NCBI RefSeq assembly: GCF_988243305.1
Contig: NZ_OZ547138.1
Strand: one strand, 5' to 3'
DNA: 64,000 nt
Source of the DNA: a plasmid
The translations under genes were made by a program, and so were the position numbers. The notes beneath the pieces are model-generated. The model ran no database searches. It worked only from the letters and a program-made list of their open reading frames with translations, and was not told the DNA's origin. This document shows, piece after piece, positions 28,452 to 38,091 of the stretch (position 1 is its first letter; each line of letters begins with the position of its first letter).

Positions 28452-28784
28452 GTGCGCCCGCACCGACACCCTCACACCTTCGAGCTACTGTTGCCATTAA
28501 GGGGTCGTTTCGTGGTGCTGAATTTTGACGATCGGGGTACCGTCACCCATCGGGCGATATTGGGGGAAACCTGTACGGTGCTGGAGATGGCCGCAGGAAC
28601 CTGGCATGCCGTGCTGTCGCTGGATACCGGTGGCATAATTTTTGAAGTAAAACACGGTGGCTATCAACCCGTGGCTGCCGATGACTATGCGCACTGGGCT
28701 CCAGCGGAAGGAGAACCAGGAACCACGGAGCTTATGGCCTGGTATGCGCAAGCGCAGGTGGGCGACAGCACTTTTGCCGTCTAA
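28452..28784 (+). CDS. WbuC-family cupin (orf477-delta) downstream of blaCTX-M
   Basis: 110-aa frame (…LLLPLRGRFVVLNFDDRGTV…WHAVLSLDTGGIIFEVKHGGY) convergent with blaCTX-M-15, the usual companion of group-1 CTX-M units. The 5' end is probably truncated. Confidence 0.75.
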   Translation: MRPHRHPHTFELLLPLRGRFVVLNFDDRGTVTHRAILGETCTVLEMAAGTWHAVLSLDTGGIIFEVKHGGYQPVAADDYAHWAPAEGEPGTTELMAWYAQAQVGDSTFAV

Positions 28785-28830
28785 GGCGATAAACAAAAAC
28801 GGAATGAGTTTCCCCATTCCGTTTCCGCTA

Positions 28831-30022
<1,192 letters not shown>

Positions 30023-30131
30023 CTGTCAGACCAAGTTTACTCATATATACTTTAGATTGATTTAAAACTTCATTTTTAATTTAAAAGGATCTAGGTGAAG
30101 ATCCTTTTTGATAATCTCATGACCAAAATCC

Positions 30132-30169
30132 CTTAACGTGAGTTTTCGTTCCACTGAGCGTCAGACCCC
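30132..30169 (-). repeat. Tn3-family 38-bp terminal inverted repeat (bla end)
   Basis: cttaacgtgagttttcgttccactgagcgtcagacccc, the exact complement of 25610-25647. Confidence 0.97.
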
Positions 30170-30247
30170 GATAACAAGATAACAAGATAACAAGATAACA
30201 AGGTGTTATCTTGTTATCTTGTTATCTTGTTATCTCAAGGTGTTATC
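30170..30247. repeat. Palindromic array of 8-bp GATAACAA iterons (putative centromere/operator)
   Basis: Four GATAACAA units (30170-30201) face TGTTATC(TTGTTATC)x3 (30204-30234), giving a perfect 31-bp-arm palindrome. One more TGTTATC lies at 30241-30247. The array starts at the first base after the Tn3 IR. Confidence 0.8.
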
Positions 30248-30545
30248 TTTGTTTTACTTCTGCTATCAATCGTGATACCTCTGTTTTTGATAGTGTTTTA
30301 AGTGCTTCTACCGCCGCCCTGACAACATCAGAACGATTCACTCTGCCTTTACCTGAAACCATCTCAGCCGTTATAAGGGCATCAATGTCTTTTAGGTTTT
30401 CTTCAAAAAAAGAAATACTCACTGGTTTTGCTTTGCTTACAACCGATGATTTATCTGATGACTTTTTGGTATTATCAAGGCCAGCCGTGCCACCGTTAAT
30501 AAATGCTGCCTCGTCACGAGGTGAAGTGTTTGCTCTATTTCTCAC
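30243..30545 (-). CDS. Ribbon-helix-helix centromere-binding protein (ParG-like)
   Basis: 100-aa ORF coupled to parA (4-nt overlap). The N-terminus is flexible and basic. The C-terminus is RHH-like (RVNRSDVVRAAVEALKTL). Confidence 0.65.
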   Translation of the reverse strand: MRNRANTSPRDEAAFINGGTAGLDNTKKSSDKSSVVSKAKPVSISFFEENLKDIDALITAEMVSGKGRVNRSDVVRAAVEALKTLSKTEVSRLIAEVKQR

Positions 30546-31168
30546 AGAATAACCTCTTTCACTAACGCTTCGATTTCTTGCTGGGCTTTATCATTTTGCG
30601 TTTCAAAAATTGTCATTGATTCGGCCCAAGCATCTCGATGTGCTTTACGATCACATACCCGGGAGTTTGCCAGATGCATTTCAGGGTAATCCTTAAGTAC
30701 TTCAGCTGCCTCATTGGCTTCATTAACAAACATATTTGTGGGCGTCATGTTTAAAACGAGATATCCCCGAACATCCTCATTAAAATCTTTTGCTGCTGTA
30801 AAAACGGAGCATGTATGAGGCACAACATCCAGGTCCATCTGAGATGGGCGCAAAGGAGAAATGAATACATCTGCGGCCATCAATCCACTACGCATTTCTG
30901 CGCTATCACGGCCAGCACAGTCTGCAATAACAAAATCATAGGATTTTTCGTGTTCCTTTAACATGGCTTTGATGTTACCTGTCGCGCCTGTAACCGGAAT
31001 ATGAGGGAGATCTTCAGGGCGATTGTTGTACCAGGTTAATACTGATTTCTGGTCATCTGCGTCGACAATAATCACTCTATTGCCTAGTGACATCAGATAC
31101 GCAGCTATAGATACCGCCAGTGTACTTTTACCTACCCCACCCTTTTGACTACCTAATACTATTATCAT
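30542..31168 (-). CDS. parA: Small ParA/ParF-type partition ATPase
   Basis: 208 aa with a deviant Walker A (GSQKGGVGKST), plus the DADDQ and IADCAGRD motifs. Confidence 0.88.
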   Translation of the reverse strand: MIIVLGSQKGGVGKSTLAVSIAAYLMSLGNRVIIVDADDQKSVLTWYNNRPEDLPHIPVTGATGNIKAMLKEHEKSYDFVIADCAGRDSAEMRSGLMAADVFISPLRPSQMDLDVVPHTCSVFTAAKDFNEDVRGYLVLNMTPTNMFVNEANEAAEVLKDYPEMHLANSRVCDRKAHRDAWAESMTIFETQNDKAQQEIEALVKEVIL

Positions 31169-31294
31169 TATAGCCTCATATTAAGCTGTTAAGTTAACAA
31201 CTTAATATTGCCATCTGAACACGAACCATGCAATTATTTTTGTTATGTTAACAACTTAGTAAGTTGTTAAGTATTTGATTTATAGATTAATTAA

Positions 31295-31358
31295 GATAAC
31301 AAGACAACAAGATAACAAGATAACAAGATAACAAGATAACAAGATAACAAGATAACAA
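31295..31358 (+). repeat. Eight tandem 8-bp GATAACAA iterons upstream of parA
   Basis: The units are contiguous from 31295 to 31358; the second is GACAACAA. They sit between the impB stop and the parA promoter region, which also carries gttaacaactta repeats. Confidence 0.8.
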
Positions 31359-31379
31359 TATTATGGGTGGATTACATAT

Positions 31380-32651
31380 TCATAACTGGGCTACTGGCAA
31401 ATCTGTCCATCTGGTGGTATACGCAGGAGAAAGCATTTCCCGTTTCATTTGCCATTCAGGGGCGGTTCCTCGCCCCGCAAACCACACTTTCCCTTTTCCC
31501 GACTGGTTCAGTTCATCGAGTGTTTTCATTAACTTTTCACTGTTTTTACGGGGCTGGATTTCATCAAATAATCCCGGCTGCGCTATACCCGATGGTGTGA
31601 AATCAGCCAGCATGACTCCTGCCTTCATATAGCGGTACCCTTCACGCCAGACATGGTTTAAGGCTCTGCATGCGGCGGCAATAATGTCCCGGCTGTCCTG
31701 TGTGGGCAATGGAAGCTTTTCCACAGCGGCATTGCTGTAACAGGGTTCTTTTACTGCAAAGGGGGATGTCCGTACAAATGTCGTCACCTGCCGGCAATAC
31801 TGACGCTCCCCACGTAGTTTCTCTGCGGCCCGCTCTGCATACTGAACAACAGCCTGGTGCATGGCATCTTTGTCTGTGATTCGTTCACCAAAACTGCGAC
31901 TACAGACAATCTGCTGTTTTGCCGGTGGTGCTTCTTCCAGGGATATGCAGGACTCGCCGTTGAGTTCGCGTACCGTACGCTCAAGAATGACGCTGAAGTT
32001 TTTCCGGATGAATGCCGTGTTAGCCTGCGCCAGCTGCAGTGCTGTGTTAATACCCAGCGCATTCAGCTTTTCCGTCAGTCTGCGTCCTACTCCCCAGACC
32101 TCACCAACTGGCTGCAGCCCCAGTAGCTTCAAGGTCCGATTACGGTTTTCTGCCGTCAGCGCGACCACACCGGAAAACTGTGGCCATTGCTTTGTTGCCC
32201 ACTGGGCACTTTTAGCCAGCGTTTTTGTAGGCGCAATGCCCACCCCCATGGTGAGTCCTGTCCAGCTCTTTACCTGTTCCCTGAGCTGATGACCAAAAAT
32301 CTCCGGAGAGATGCAATGATTTATCCCCCGCAAATCAATGAACATTTCATCAATTGAGTAGGGCTCAACTGCGGGAGAAAGCGACTCCAGAACAGCCATA
32401 ACCCGTTGGCTCATGCTGTGGTACAGCGCATAATTGCTGGAAAATACATGTATTTTCTTCTCCAGGCGCATTTGTCTCACCTGAAACCAGGGCTGCCCCA
32501 TTCTGATGCCAAGGGCTTTTGCCTCCGGGCTGCGCGCGATCACACAGCCATCGTTATTGCTGAGTACGATGACCGGTTCGTTGCGAAGGTCCGGGCGGAA
32601 AACTTTTTCACATGAGGCGTAGAAACTGTTGATATCAGCCAGTGCAAACAT
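31380..32651 (-). CDS. impB: Y-family error-prone polymerase subunit ImpB (UmuC-like)
   Basis: 423 aa. MFALADINSFYASCEKVFRPDL is the canonical UmuC/ImpB start. It overlaps the impA stop (TGATG). Confidence 0.92.
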   Translation of the reverse strand: MFALADINSFYASCEKVFRPDLRNEPVIVLSNNDGCVIARSPEAKALGIRMGQPWFQVRQMRLEKKIHVFSSNYALYHSMSQRVMAVLESLSPAVEPYSIDEMFIDLRGINHCISPEIFGHQLREQVKSWTGLTMGVGIAPTKTLAKSAQWATKQWPQFSGVVALTAENRNRTLKLLGLQPVGEVWGVGRRLTEKLNALGINTALQLAQANTAFIRKNFSVILERTVRELNGESCISLEEAPPAKQQIVCSRSFGERITDKDAMHQAVVQYAERAAEKLRGERQYCRQVTTFVRTSPFAVKEPCYSNAAVEKLPLPTQDSRDIIAAACRALNHVWREGYRYMKAGVMLADFTPSGIAQPGLFDEIQPRKNSEKLMKTLDELNQSGKGKVWFAGRGTAPEWQMKREMLSPAYTTRWTDLPVAQL

Positions 32652-33088
32652 CAGCGTAACTCCCGCGTCCTGTGTATCACGTGAGTGACAACACCAAAAA
32701 TACAGATGTTTTCCGGATACAGTGTGCGGAACTCCGGGCTGTCTGAAACCGGCTCCAGTGCCGGGCGTGGGCGCAACAGCAGTCGTTTGACGGTGAACTC
32801 ACCGTCGATCTCAGCGATAACGATGTCCCCGTGTTGTGGTTTTTCGGCCCTGTCCACTACCAGCAGATCACCATTCTGCACGCCAGCCTGGTTCATCGAT
32901 TCACCGCTGGCGCGCAGAAAGAAGGTGGCTGCAGGTCTGCTGATGCAATAGCTGTTCAGATCCAGTTCCTGCTCAGCATAATCAGTGGCAGGCGAAGGAA
33001 AACCGGCCTGGCAACGATCGGCAAACAACGGTCGCACGTAACTGTCATCGCCTGAAGGGTCAGCCGGACGGTGATAAACGGTACTCAT
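32651..33088 (-). CDS. impA: ImpA (UmuD-like, LexA-type self-cleaving)
   Basis: 145 aa with an S24 peptidase-like core (GESMNQAGVQNGDLLVVDR…FTVKRL). Confidence 0.9.
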   Translation of the reverse strand: MSTVYHRPADPSGDDSYVRPLFADRCQAGFPSPATDYAEQELDLNSYCISRPAATFFLRASGESMNQAGVQNGDLLVVDRAEKPQHGDIVIAEIDGEFTVKRLLLRPRPALEPVSDSPEFRTLYPENICIFGVVTHVIHRTRELR

Positions 33089-33333
33089 GCTGCAGGCAGC
33101 CAGCTGTCGTCCTGCCAGATTTCTTCCAGCAGAGACAGGATACGTTCTTTATCCTTGTCGTTGCGGGCTCCTGTGACAGATACAGACGGGGCGCTGCCCT
33201 GGTCTATACGCAGCCAGATTTCCGGGTAGTGTGGTTTCAGACGTTGTTCGATTTCATTCTGTAGCGCCTGAAGTGTGCCTGATTTGAGGTTTTTTGTGCT
33301 CTGGCGGTCGAAAAGAATTTCAATGCGGATCAT
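33085..33333 (-). CDS. impC: ImpC
   Basis: 82 aa from MIRIEILFDRQSTKNLKSG, overlapping the impA start (ATGA). The track ORF (to 33504) runs through the promoter and LexA box, so the shorter start is preferred. Confidence 0.8.
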   Translation of the reverse strand: MIRIEILFDRQSTKNLKSGTLQALQNEIEQRLKPHYPEIWLRIDQGSAPSVSVTGARNDKDKERILSLLEEIWQDDSWLPAA

Positions 33334-33355
33334 GTTCTCATCTCCCTTTTCTTTA

Positions 33356-33375
33356 TGCTGTATGTTTATACAGTA
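33356..33375 (-). promoter_or_regulatory. LexA box of the impCAB operon
   Basis: The minus strand reads tactgtataaacatacagca (CTGT-N8-ACAG), 25 bp upstream of the impC ATG. Confidence 0.85.
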
Positions 33376-33534
33376 TTCTAATAACTGAATCCGCACACAG
33401 TCAAATGTCATTGTTGTGACTAAAAAACGCTCAATTCTCTGAGTGTGTGGCTGTATGCCTGCTGTGGGCTGCTGTGTCCAGCTTATCCACAGCATTTTGC
33501 GCACGGTTCTGTGAATAAAATACCTGGTTACCCA

Positions 33535-33695
33535 GGCCGTGCCGGCACGTTAACCGGGCTGCATCCGATGCAAGTGTGTCGCTGTCGCCGGCCTCCTCAC
33601 CCGGTCACGTTTCGTCGTTCCTCCTCCACGCGCTGCGGCTTCGGGGCCGCACCTGCATTCGTATGCGGTCGCCCGGTTACAGGTGCGGCACGGCC
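33535..33695. promoter_or_regulatory. Long imperfect hairpin element upstream of first leading-region gene
   Basis: 33535-33544 (ggccgtgccg) pairs with 33686-33695, with further imperfect pairing inward. The 3' tail ...catgtgagaggagaattcccATG resembles the tails of the family-A elements. Confidence 0.5.
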
Positions 33696-33727
33696 TGATG
33701 GAGGCCGCATGTGAGAGGAGAATTCCC

Positions 33728-34654
33728 ATGCCAAACTGGTGCTCGAATCGTATGTATTTTTCTGGTGAACCGGCACAGATCGCTGAGATTAAACGACTGG
33801 CCAGCGGCGCAGTCACACCGTTTTATCGCCGCGCCACAAATGAAGGTATTCAGCTGTTTCTGGCCGGAAGTGCCGGACTTCTGCAGACCACTGAAGATGT
33901 GCAGTTTGAACCGTGCCCCGGACTGACGGCTGCCGGACGTGGTGTTGTATCGCCGGAGAATATCGCGTTCACACGCTGGCTGACACACCTGCAGAACGGT
34001 GTGCTACTGGATGAACAAAACTGCCTGATGCTGCATGAACTCTGGCTGCAGAGCGGTACTGGACAGCGTCGCTGGGAAGGATTACCGGACGATGTCAGGG
34101 ATACCATCACCGCACTTTTCACCGCAAAAAGAGGTGACTGGTGTGGCTTCTGGAGTAACGAGGATGTATCGGTGTGGTGGAACCGTCTGTGTGACAACGT
34201 ACTGCCGGAAAAAACCATGCCGTTTGACCTGCTGACGGTTTTGCCGACCCGCCTGGATATTGAAGTGAATGGCTTTAACGGCGGTGTTCTGAACGGTGTT
34301 CCTTCTGCATATCACTGGTATACAGAACGGTATGGCGTGAAGTGGCCTTGTGGGTATGACCTGAATATCAGCAGTCAGGGGGAAAACTTCATTCAGGTAG
34401 ATTTCGACACGCCGTGGTGTCAGCCGGAAAGCGACGTTGTTGCAGAATTAAGCCGCCGTTTCAGCTGCACAATGGAGCACTGGTATGCCGAACAGGGCTG
34501 CAATTTCTGTGGCTGGCAGCGATATGAGCGTGGCGAGCTTGTTGATGTGCTGTGGGGGGAGCTGGAATGGTCTTCCCCGACAGATGACGATGAGCTGCCG
34601 GAAGTCACCGGACCTGCGTGGATAGTCGACAATGTGGCGCATTATGGCGGATGA
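33728..34654 (+). CDS. Leading-region protein (MPNWCSNRMYFSG… family; I recall it as DUF1281-like)
   Basis: 308 aa from the ATG at 33728, which follows a GAGAGGAG SD. A conserved MPNWC start is seen in plasmid leading regions. Function is unknown. Confidence 0.7.
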   Translation: MPNWCSNRMYFSGEPAQIAEIKRLASGAVTPFYRRATNEGIQLFLAGSAGLLQTTEDVQFEPCPGLTAAGRGVVSPENIAFTRWLTHLQNGVLLDEQNCLMLHELWLQSGTGQRRWEGLPDDVRDTITALFTAKRGDWCGFWSNEDVSVWWNRLCDNVLPEKTMPFDLLTVLPTRLDIEVNGFNGGVLNGVPSAYHWYTERYGVKWPCGYDLNISSQGENFIQVDFDTPWCQPESDVVAELSRRFSCTMEHWYAEQGCNFCGWQRYERGELVDVLWGELEWSSPTDDDELPEVTGPAWIVDNVAHYGG

Positions 34655-34756
34655 AGTATGACGGAGACGGGCGGGCAACCGCCCGTTTCTTTTCCGGTAA
34701 AGGATGTCGCCGGGCTCCTCTTTTTACTGCGCCGGCTGACGCGGCGCGGCAGGAAC

Positions 34757-34978
34757 GCTGCCTGTGGTCAGTGTCCCGCGTCCGGTGGGCACGGGACGGG
34801 CGCTTTTACCGCTCCCGGCTGGCACCGGTGACAGTGTACGCCAGCCCGTCGCCCTTTTCTGATGAACGCCCTTCAAGCCGCTTTCGCGGCATAGCCTTGC
34901 CGTCAGAAAGACGACGGCTGCGGTATTCCACGGTCGGCCTGACCCGTTACCGGACGCGGTGAACAGCCCACAGGCAGC
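34757..34978. promoter_or_regulatory. Long imperfect hairpin element upstream of the methyltransferase gene
   Basis: Nested perfect pairings: 34757-34767 with 34968-34978, and 34776-34786 with 34949-34959. It lies in a 384-bp GC-rich non-coding gap, and the left border motif aaggatgtcgcc (about 34700) is shared with family A. Confidence 0.5.
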
Positions 34979-35038
34979 GGGGAACGGGCACCACAGGGGT
35001 GCCCTCCCGGTGTCCTCTGTAAGAGAAGGAGCGTTGTT

Positions 35039-35722
35039 ATGTCCCGTTTTGTCCTCGGTAACTGCATCGATGTTATGGCCCGTATTCCTGATAACGCCAT
35101 TGATTTCATACTGACTGACCCGCCGTACCTCGTCGGTTTTCGTGACCGTTTCGGGCGCACCATCGCTGGCGATAAAACCGATGAATGGCTGCAACCGGCC
35201 TGTAATGAAATGTACCGCGTACTCAAAAAAGACGCGCTGATGGTGAGCTTCTACGGCTGGAACCGCGTCGATCGCTTTATGGCCGCCTGGAAAAATGCGG
35301 GATTCAGCGTTGTTGGTCACCTGGTCTTCACCAAAAACTACACATCGAAGGCCGCATATGTGGGCTATCGCCACGAATGCGCCTACATCCTGGCAAAAGG
35401 CCGTCCACGTCTGCCACAAAACCCGCTGCCGGACGTGCTGGGCTGGAAATATTCGGGCAATCGTCATCACCCGACGGAAAAGCCCGTTACCAGCCTGCAA
35501 CCGCTGATTGAGAGCTTCACACACCCGAACGCAATTGTGCTGGACCCGTTTGCAGGCAGCGGCTCAACCTGCGTCGCTGCCCTCCAGTCCGGACGCCGGT
35601 ATATCGGTATCGAGCTGCTTGAGCAGTATCACCGTGCCGGGCAGCAACGCCTTGCCGCCGTGCAACGGGCCATGCAGCAGGGGGCCGCGAATGATGACTG
35701 GTTTATGCCGGAGGCTGCGTAA
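35039..35722 (+). CDS. Orphan DNA N6-adenine/N4-cytosine methyltransferase (leading region)
   Basis: 227 aa with a DPPY motif (ILTDPPYLVG) and a C-terminal SAM-binding motif (VLDPFAGSGSTCVAA), the beta-class order. No restriction partner is nearby. Confidence 0.88.
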   Translation: MSRFVLGNCIDVMARIPDNAIDFILTDPPYLVGFRDRFGRTIAGDKTDEWLQPACNEMYRVLKKDALMVSFYGWNRVDRFMAAWKNAGFSVVGHLVFTKNYTSKAAYVGYRHECAYILAKGRPRLPQNPLPDVLGWKYSGNRHHPTEKPVTSLQPLIESFTHPNAIVLDPFAGSGSTCVAALQSGRRYIGIELLEQYHRAGQQRLAAVQRAMQQGAANDDWFMPEAA

Positions 35723-35944
35723 ATGAACTATGCCGGACACGAAAAACTGCGCGCCGACGTGGCGGAGGTGGCCAATGCCATGTGCGACCTGCGTACAACC
35801 ATGAATGAGATGGAGCAGCGGTACAGCTTTAATGCCGACACCCTGCCGGAACGTCTGGTGCGTCAGACGCTGTTTCGCGCAAACCGCCTCCTGATGGAGG
35901 CATATACCGAAATTCTTGAACTGGATGCGTGCTTCAAAGATTAA
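35723..35944 (+). CDS. Hypothetical 73-aa protein
   Basis: The ATG abuts the methyltransferase stop. Predicted helical. Unknown function. Confidence 0.55.
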   Translation: MNYAGHEKLRADVAEVANAMCDLRTTMNEMEQRYSFNADTLPERLVRQTLFRANRLLMEAYTEILELDACFKD

Positions 35945-35956
35945 GGAGGAGACGAA

Positions 35957-36391
35957 ATGTACGGAACATGCGAAACGCTCTGCCGTGAGCTGGCAGCAAA
36001 GTATCCGGGAAACACGCCGCTGATGCTGCTTATCTGGTCCCCGGAAGAGATTCAGGCCCTCGCTGACGGAATGGATATTTCTCTGTCCGATCATGAAATC
36101 AGAACCGTCCTGGCGCGCCTGGAGGACATCCCGGAAGACCAGCGGACTGAATCCGGTATTTCTTCCGGTGCGGCGATGGAGATTATCAATAACGTGAGAG
36201 AAAACCGCCAGGTGACCGTCCCTGCTGAACTGCTGGCGTCCCTGATTCAGACCGCCGAACAGGCACTGTGGAAACGTGAGTGGGCCGCCCGTGATAACGG
36301 CCTCGCCGTCCCGGAATGCGTCACCCGCCGACAGGCGGTGGTTAATCAGGCCCGCGCCCTGCTGAAAAACAACACACGCGAAAACGACTGA
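35957..36391 (+). CDS. Hypothetical 144-aa leading-region protein (paralog of 38092-38514)
   Basis: Preceded by an AAGGAGGAG SD. It shares an ...R(Q/H)VTVPAxxL... core and overall layout with the 140-aa ORF at 38092. Confidence 0.65.
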   Translation: MYGTCETLCRELAAKYPGNTPLMLLIWSPEEIQALADGMDISLSDHEIRTVLARLEDIPEDQRTESGISSGAAMEIINNVRENRQVTVPAELLASLIQTAEQALWKREWAARDNGLAVPECVTRRQAVVNQARALLKNNTREND

Positions 36392-36435
36392 TGTTATCGC
36401 CGCCTGCGGGCGGCGATTCAGGGAGACCATGAATC

Positions 36436-37206
36436 ATGAACGAAACGCTGAATGCACTGATTTATCGCCACGCCAGCAACCTGCTGCTGGCGCAGGGCTG
36501 GCCGGAAGAGACGGATGTTGACCAGCGTAATCCGAAGTATCCGGGCTGGATCAGCATTTACGTGCGGCTGGATGTGCCCCGGCTGGCGACGTTACTTATC
36601 AACCGTCACGGCGGCGTACTGCCGCCGCTCCTGGCCTCCGCCATTCAGAAACTGACCGGAACCGGGGCGGAACTGGTACTGTCCGGCAGTCAGTGGCAGT
36701 CGCTGCCGGTACTTCCGGCAGACGGAACACAGGTGTTTTTCCCGTATGCCGGAGAATGGCTGACCGAAGACGAAATCAGGGCAGTTCTTGATGCAGTGCG
36801 CAATGCAGTACGAAGCATCTGTTACCAAGTGGCAGAAGATGCCCGGCGTATCCGGGCGGCGCTGACCACCACCGGTCAGACGTTGCTGACCCGCCAGACG
36901 CGCCGCTTTCGTCTGGTTGTGAAGGAAAGCGATTACCCCTGCTGGCTTGATGAAGATGACGAAAATCTGCCCGTGGTGCTCGATGCCATTCTGAACCGTG
37001 GCGCTCGTTTTTCGTCGGTGGAAATGTATCTGGTCAGTGAGTGTGTGGAGCATATCCTGTCCAGTGGGCTGGCCTGCGATGTGCTGCGTATACCTGATGA
37101 ACCGTCCCGTCGCTGGTTTGACCGGGATATTCTGCGGGAGGTGGTCCTGGAAGCCCGGACTGAAATCCGCAGCATGGCGGATGCACTGGCGAAAATCCGG
37201 AAATGA
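36436..37206 (+). CDS. Hypothetical 256-aa leading-region protein
   Basis: Co-directional ORF with good coding appearance. No recognisable motifs. Confidence 0.65.
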   Translation: MNETLNALIYRHASNLLLAQGWPEETDVDQRNPKYPGWISIYVRLDVPRLATLLINRHGGVLPPLLASAIQKLTGTGAELVLSGSQWQSLPVLPADGTQVFFPYAGEWLTEDEIRAVLDAVRNAVRSICYQVAEDARRIRAALTTTGQTLLTRQTRRFRLVVKESDYPCWLDEDDENLPVVLDAILNRGARFSSVEMYLVSECVEHILSSGLACDVLRIPDEPSRRWFDRDILREVVLEARTEIRSMADALAKIRK

Positions 37207-37266
37207 TGACGCTGGCGGGGAAAATCTCCGCCTTTTCCAGCCGGTCCCCGGAAAGAGCAAAAGGAT

Positions 37267-37619
37267 GTCGCCGCAGGCTCCGCTTTACCCGGCCATGCGG
37301 GGCATGGCCTTGTGGGTTTTCAGTTATGTGGCCTCAGCGTCGTGTGCGGGCTGTGCCGTGCCTCCATCGTAGCCGGGCTTCTGCGGGCGGGTTGCAAGGT
37401 AAGGTGAACCGCTGCGGTCACCCGGTCCCTCCTTCCCGTCTGCCGTGATTTTCCGGTCGTTCACCCGCTCAGATTTCGCGGTCTCACCCTCCAACTCCCG
37501 TCAGCCGTGCGCGTCAGGCTGCGGCTTCCCTTGCGCCCTTGCAACCCTGCAGGTCCGGCAAAGATGGAGGCACGGCACCGCCCGGTGTCGCGGAATATGT
37601 GAACAACGGAGGAAATCCC
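37267..37619. repeat. Family-A hairpin element, copy 1 (ssi/Frpo-like candidate ssDNA promoter)
   Basis: About 353 bp, near-identical to 44215-44568. 37353-37368 pairs perfectly with 37563-37578 (21 bp with 1 mismatch over 37348-37368/37563-37583). It ends at the ATG of the klcA/ardB-like gene. Confidence 0.7.
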
Positions 37620-38045
37620 ATGCAGTATGCGAAACCTGTCACTCTGAACGTTGAAGAGTGCGACCGTCTGTCTTTTCTGCCTTACCTGTTTGGCCTGGAT
37701 TTTCTGTATGCCGAAGCGTCTGTATACGCGCTGGCGAAAAAAATGATGCCGGAATATGAAGGCGGATTCTGGCACTTCATCCGCCTGCCGGACGGTGGCG
37801 GTTACATGATGCCGGATGGCGACCGTTTTCATCTGGTCAACGGTGAAAACTGGTTTGACCGTACCGTGAGTGCTGATGCCGCAGGCATCATTTTGACTTC
37901 CCTTGTGATTAACCGCCAGTTGTGGCTGTACCACGACAGCGGGGATGCAGGGTTGACACACCTGTACAGGATGCGCGATGCGCAGTTGTGGAGCCACATC
38001 GAATTTCACCCCGAATGCAACGCGATTTACGCGGCACTTGACTGA
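37620..38045 (+). CDS. KlcA/ArdB-family antirestriction protein
   Basis: 141 aa: ...RLSFLPYLFGLDFLYAEASVYALAKKMMPEYEGGFWHFIRLPDGGGYMMP... This matches the KlcA/ArdB pattern. The track start at 37539 lies inside the repeat. Confidence 0.75.
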   Translation: MQYAKPVTLNVEECDRLSFLPYLFGLDFLYAEASVYALAKKMMPEYEGGFWHFIRLPDGGGYMMPDGDRFHLVNGENWFDRTVSADAAGIILTSLVINRQLWLYHDSGDAGLTHLYRMRDAQLWSHIEFHPECNAIYAALD

Positions 38046-38091
38046 TTAACGGACGGGGCGGCAATGCCGCCCCTGTAAAGGAGACGAGAAC

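Noticed and set aside
30170-31358. GATAACAA tandem arrays considered as a CRISPR-like or minisatellite feature
   Set aside because: The units are 8 bp with no spacers, and they flank a ParA/RHH operon. They are interpreted as partition-protein iterons, not CRISPR.
33483-33491. Second perfect DnaA box TTATCCACA between impC and the leading region
   Set aside because: A single 9-mer is expected about 0.5 times by chance in 64 kb on both strands. There are no adjacent AT-rich unwinding elements or a Rep gene, so it was not called as an origin.
33334-33504. 57-codon N-terminal extension of impC in the ORF track (33085-33504)
   Set aside because: The extension reads through the LexA box and promoter. 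ImpC is known to be 82 aa and begins MIRIEILF.
34724-37260. Long minus-strand ORFs 34724-35524 (266 aa), 35564-36430 (288 aa) and 36592-37260 (222 aa)
   Set aside because: They lie antisense to well-supported plus-strand genes (methyltransferase with DPPY/SAM motifs, SD-preceded neighbours). Their composition is Arg/Gly/Pro-rich and low-complexity, with no SD. These are typical shadow ORFs of GC-rich coding DNA.
37203-37654. ORFs 37203-37448 and 37445-37654 and their twins 44179-44397 and 44394-44648
   Set aside because: They are inside the family-A repeat. Their similarity is explained by DNA repetition. The downstream genes have their own SD/ATG at the repeat ends.
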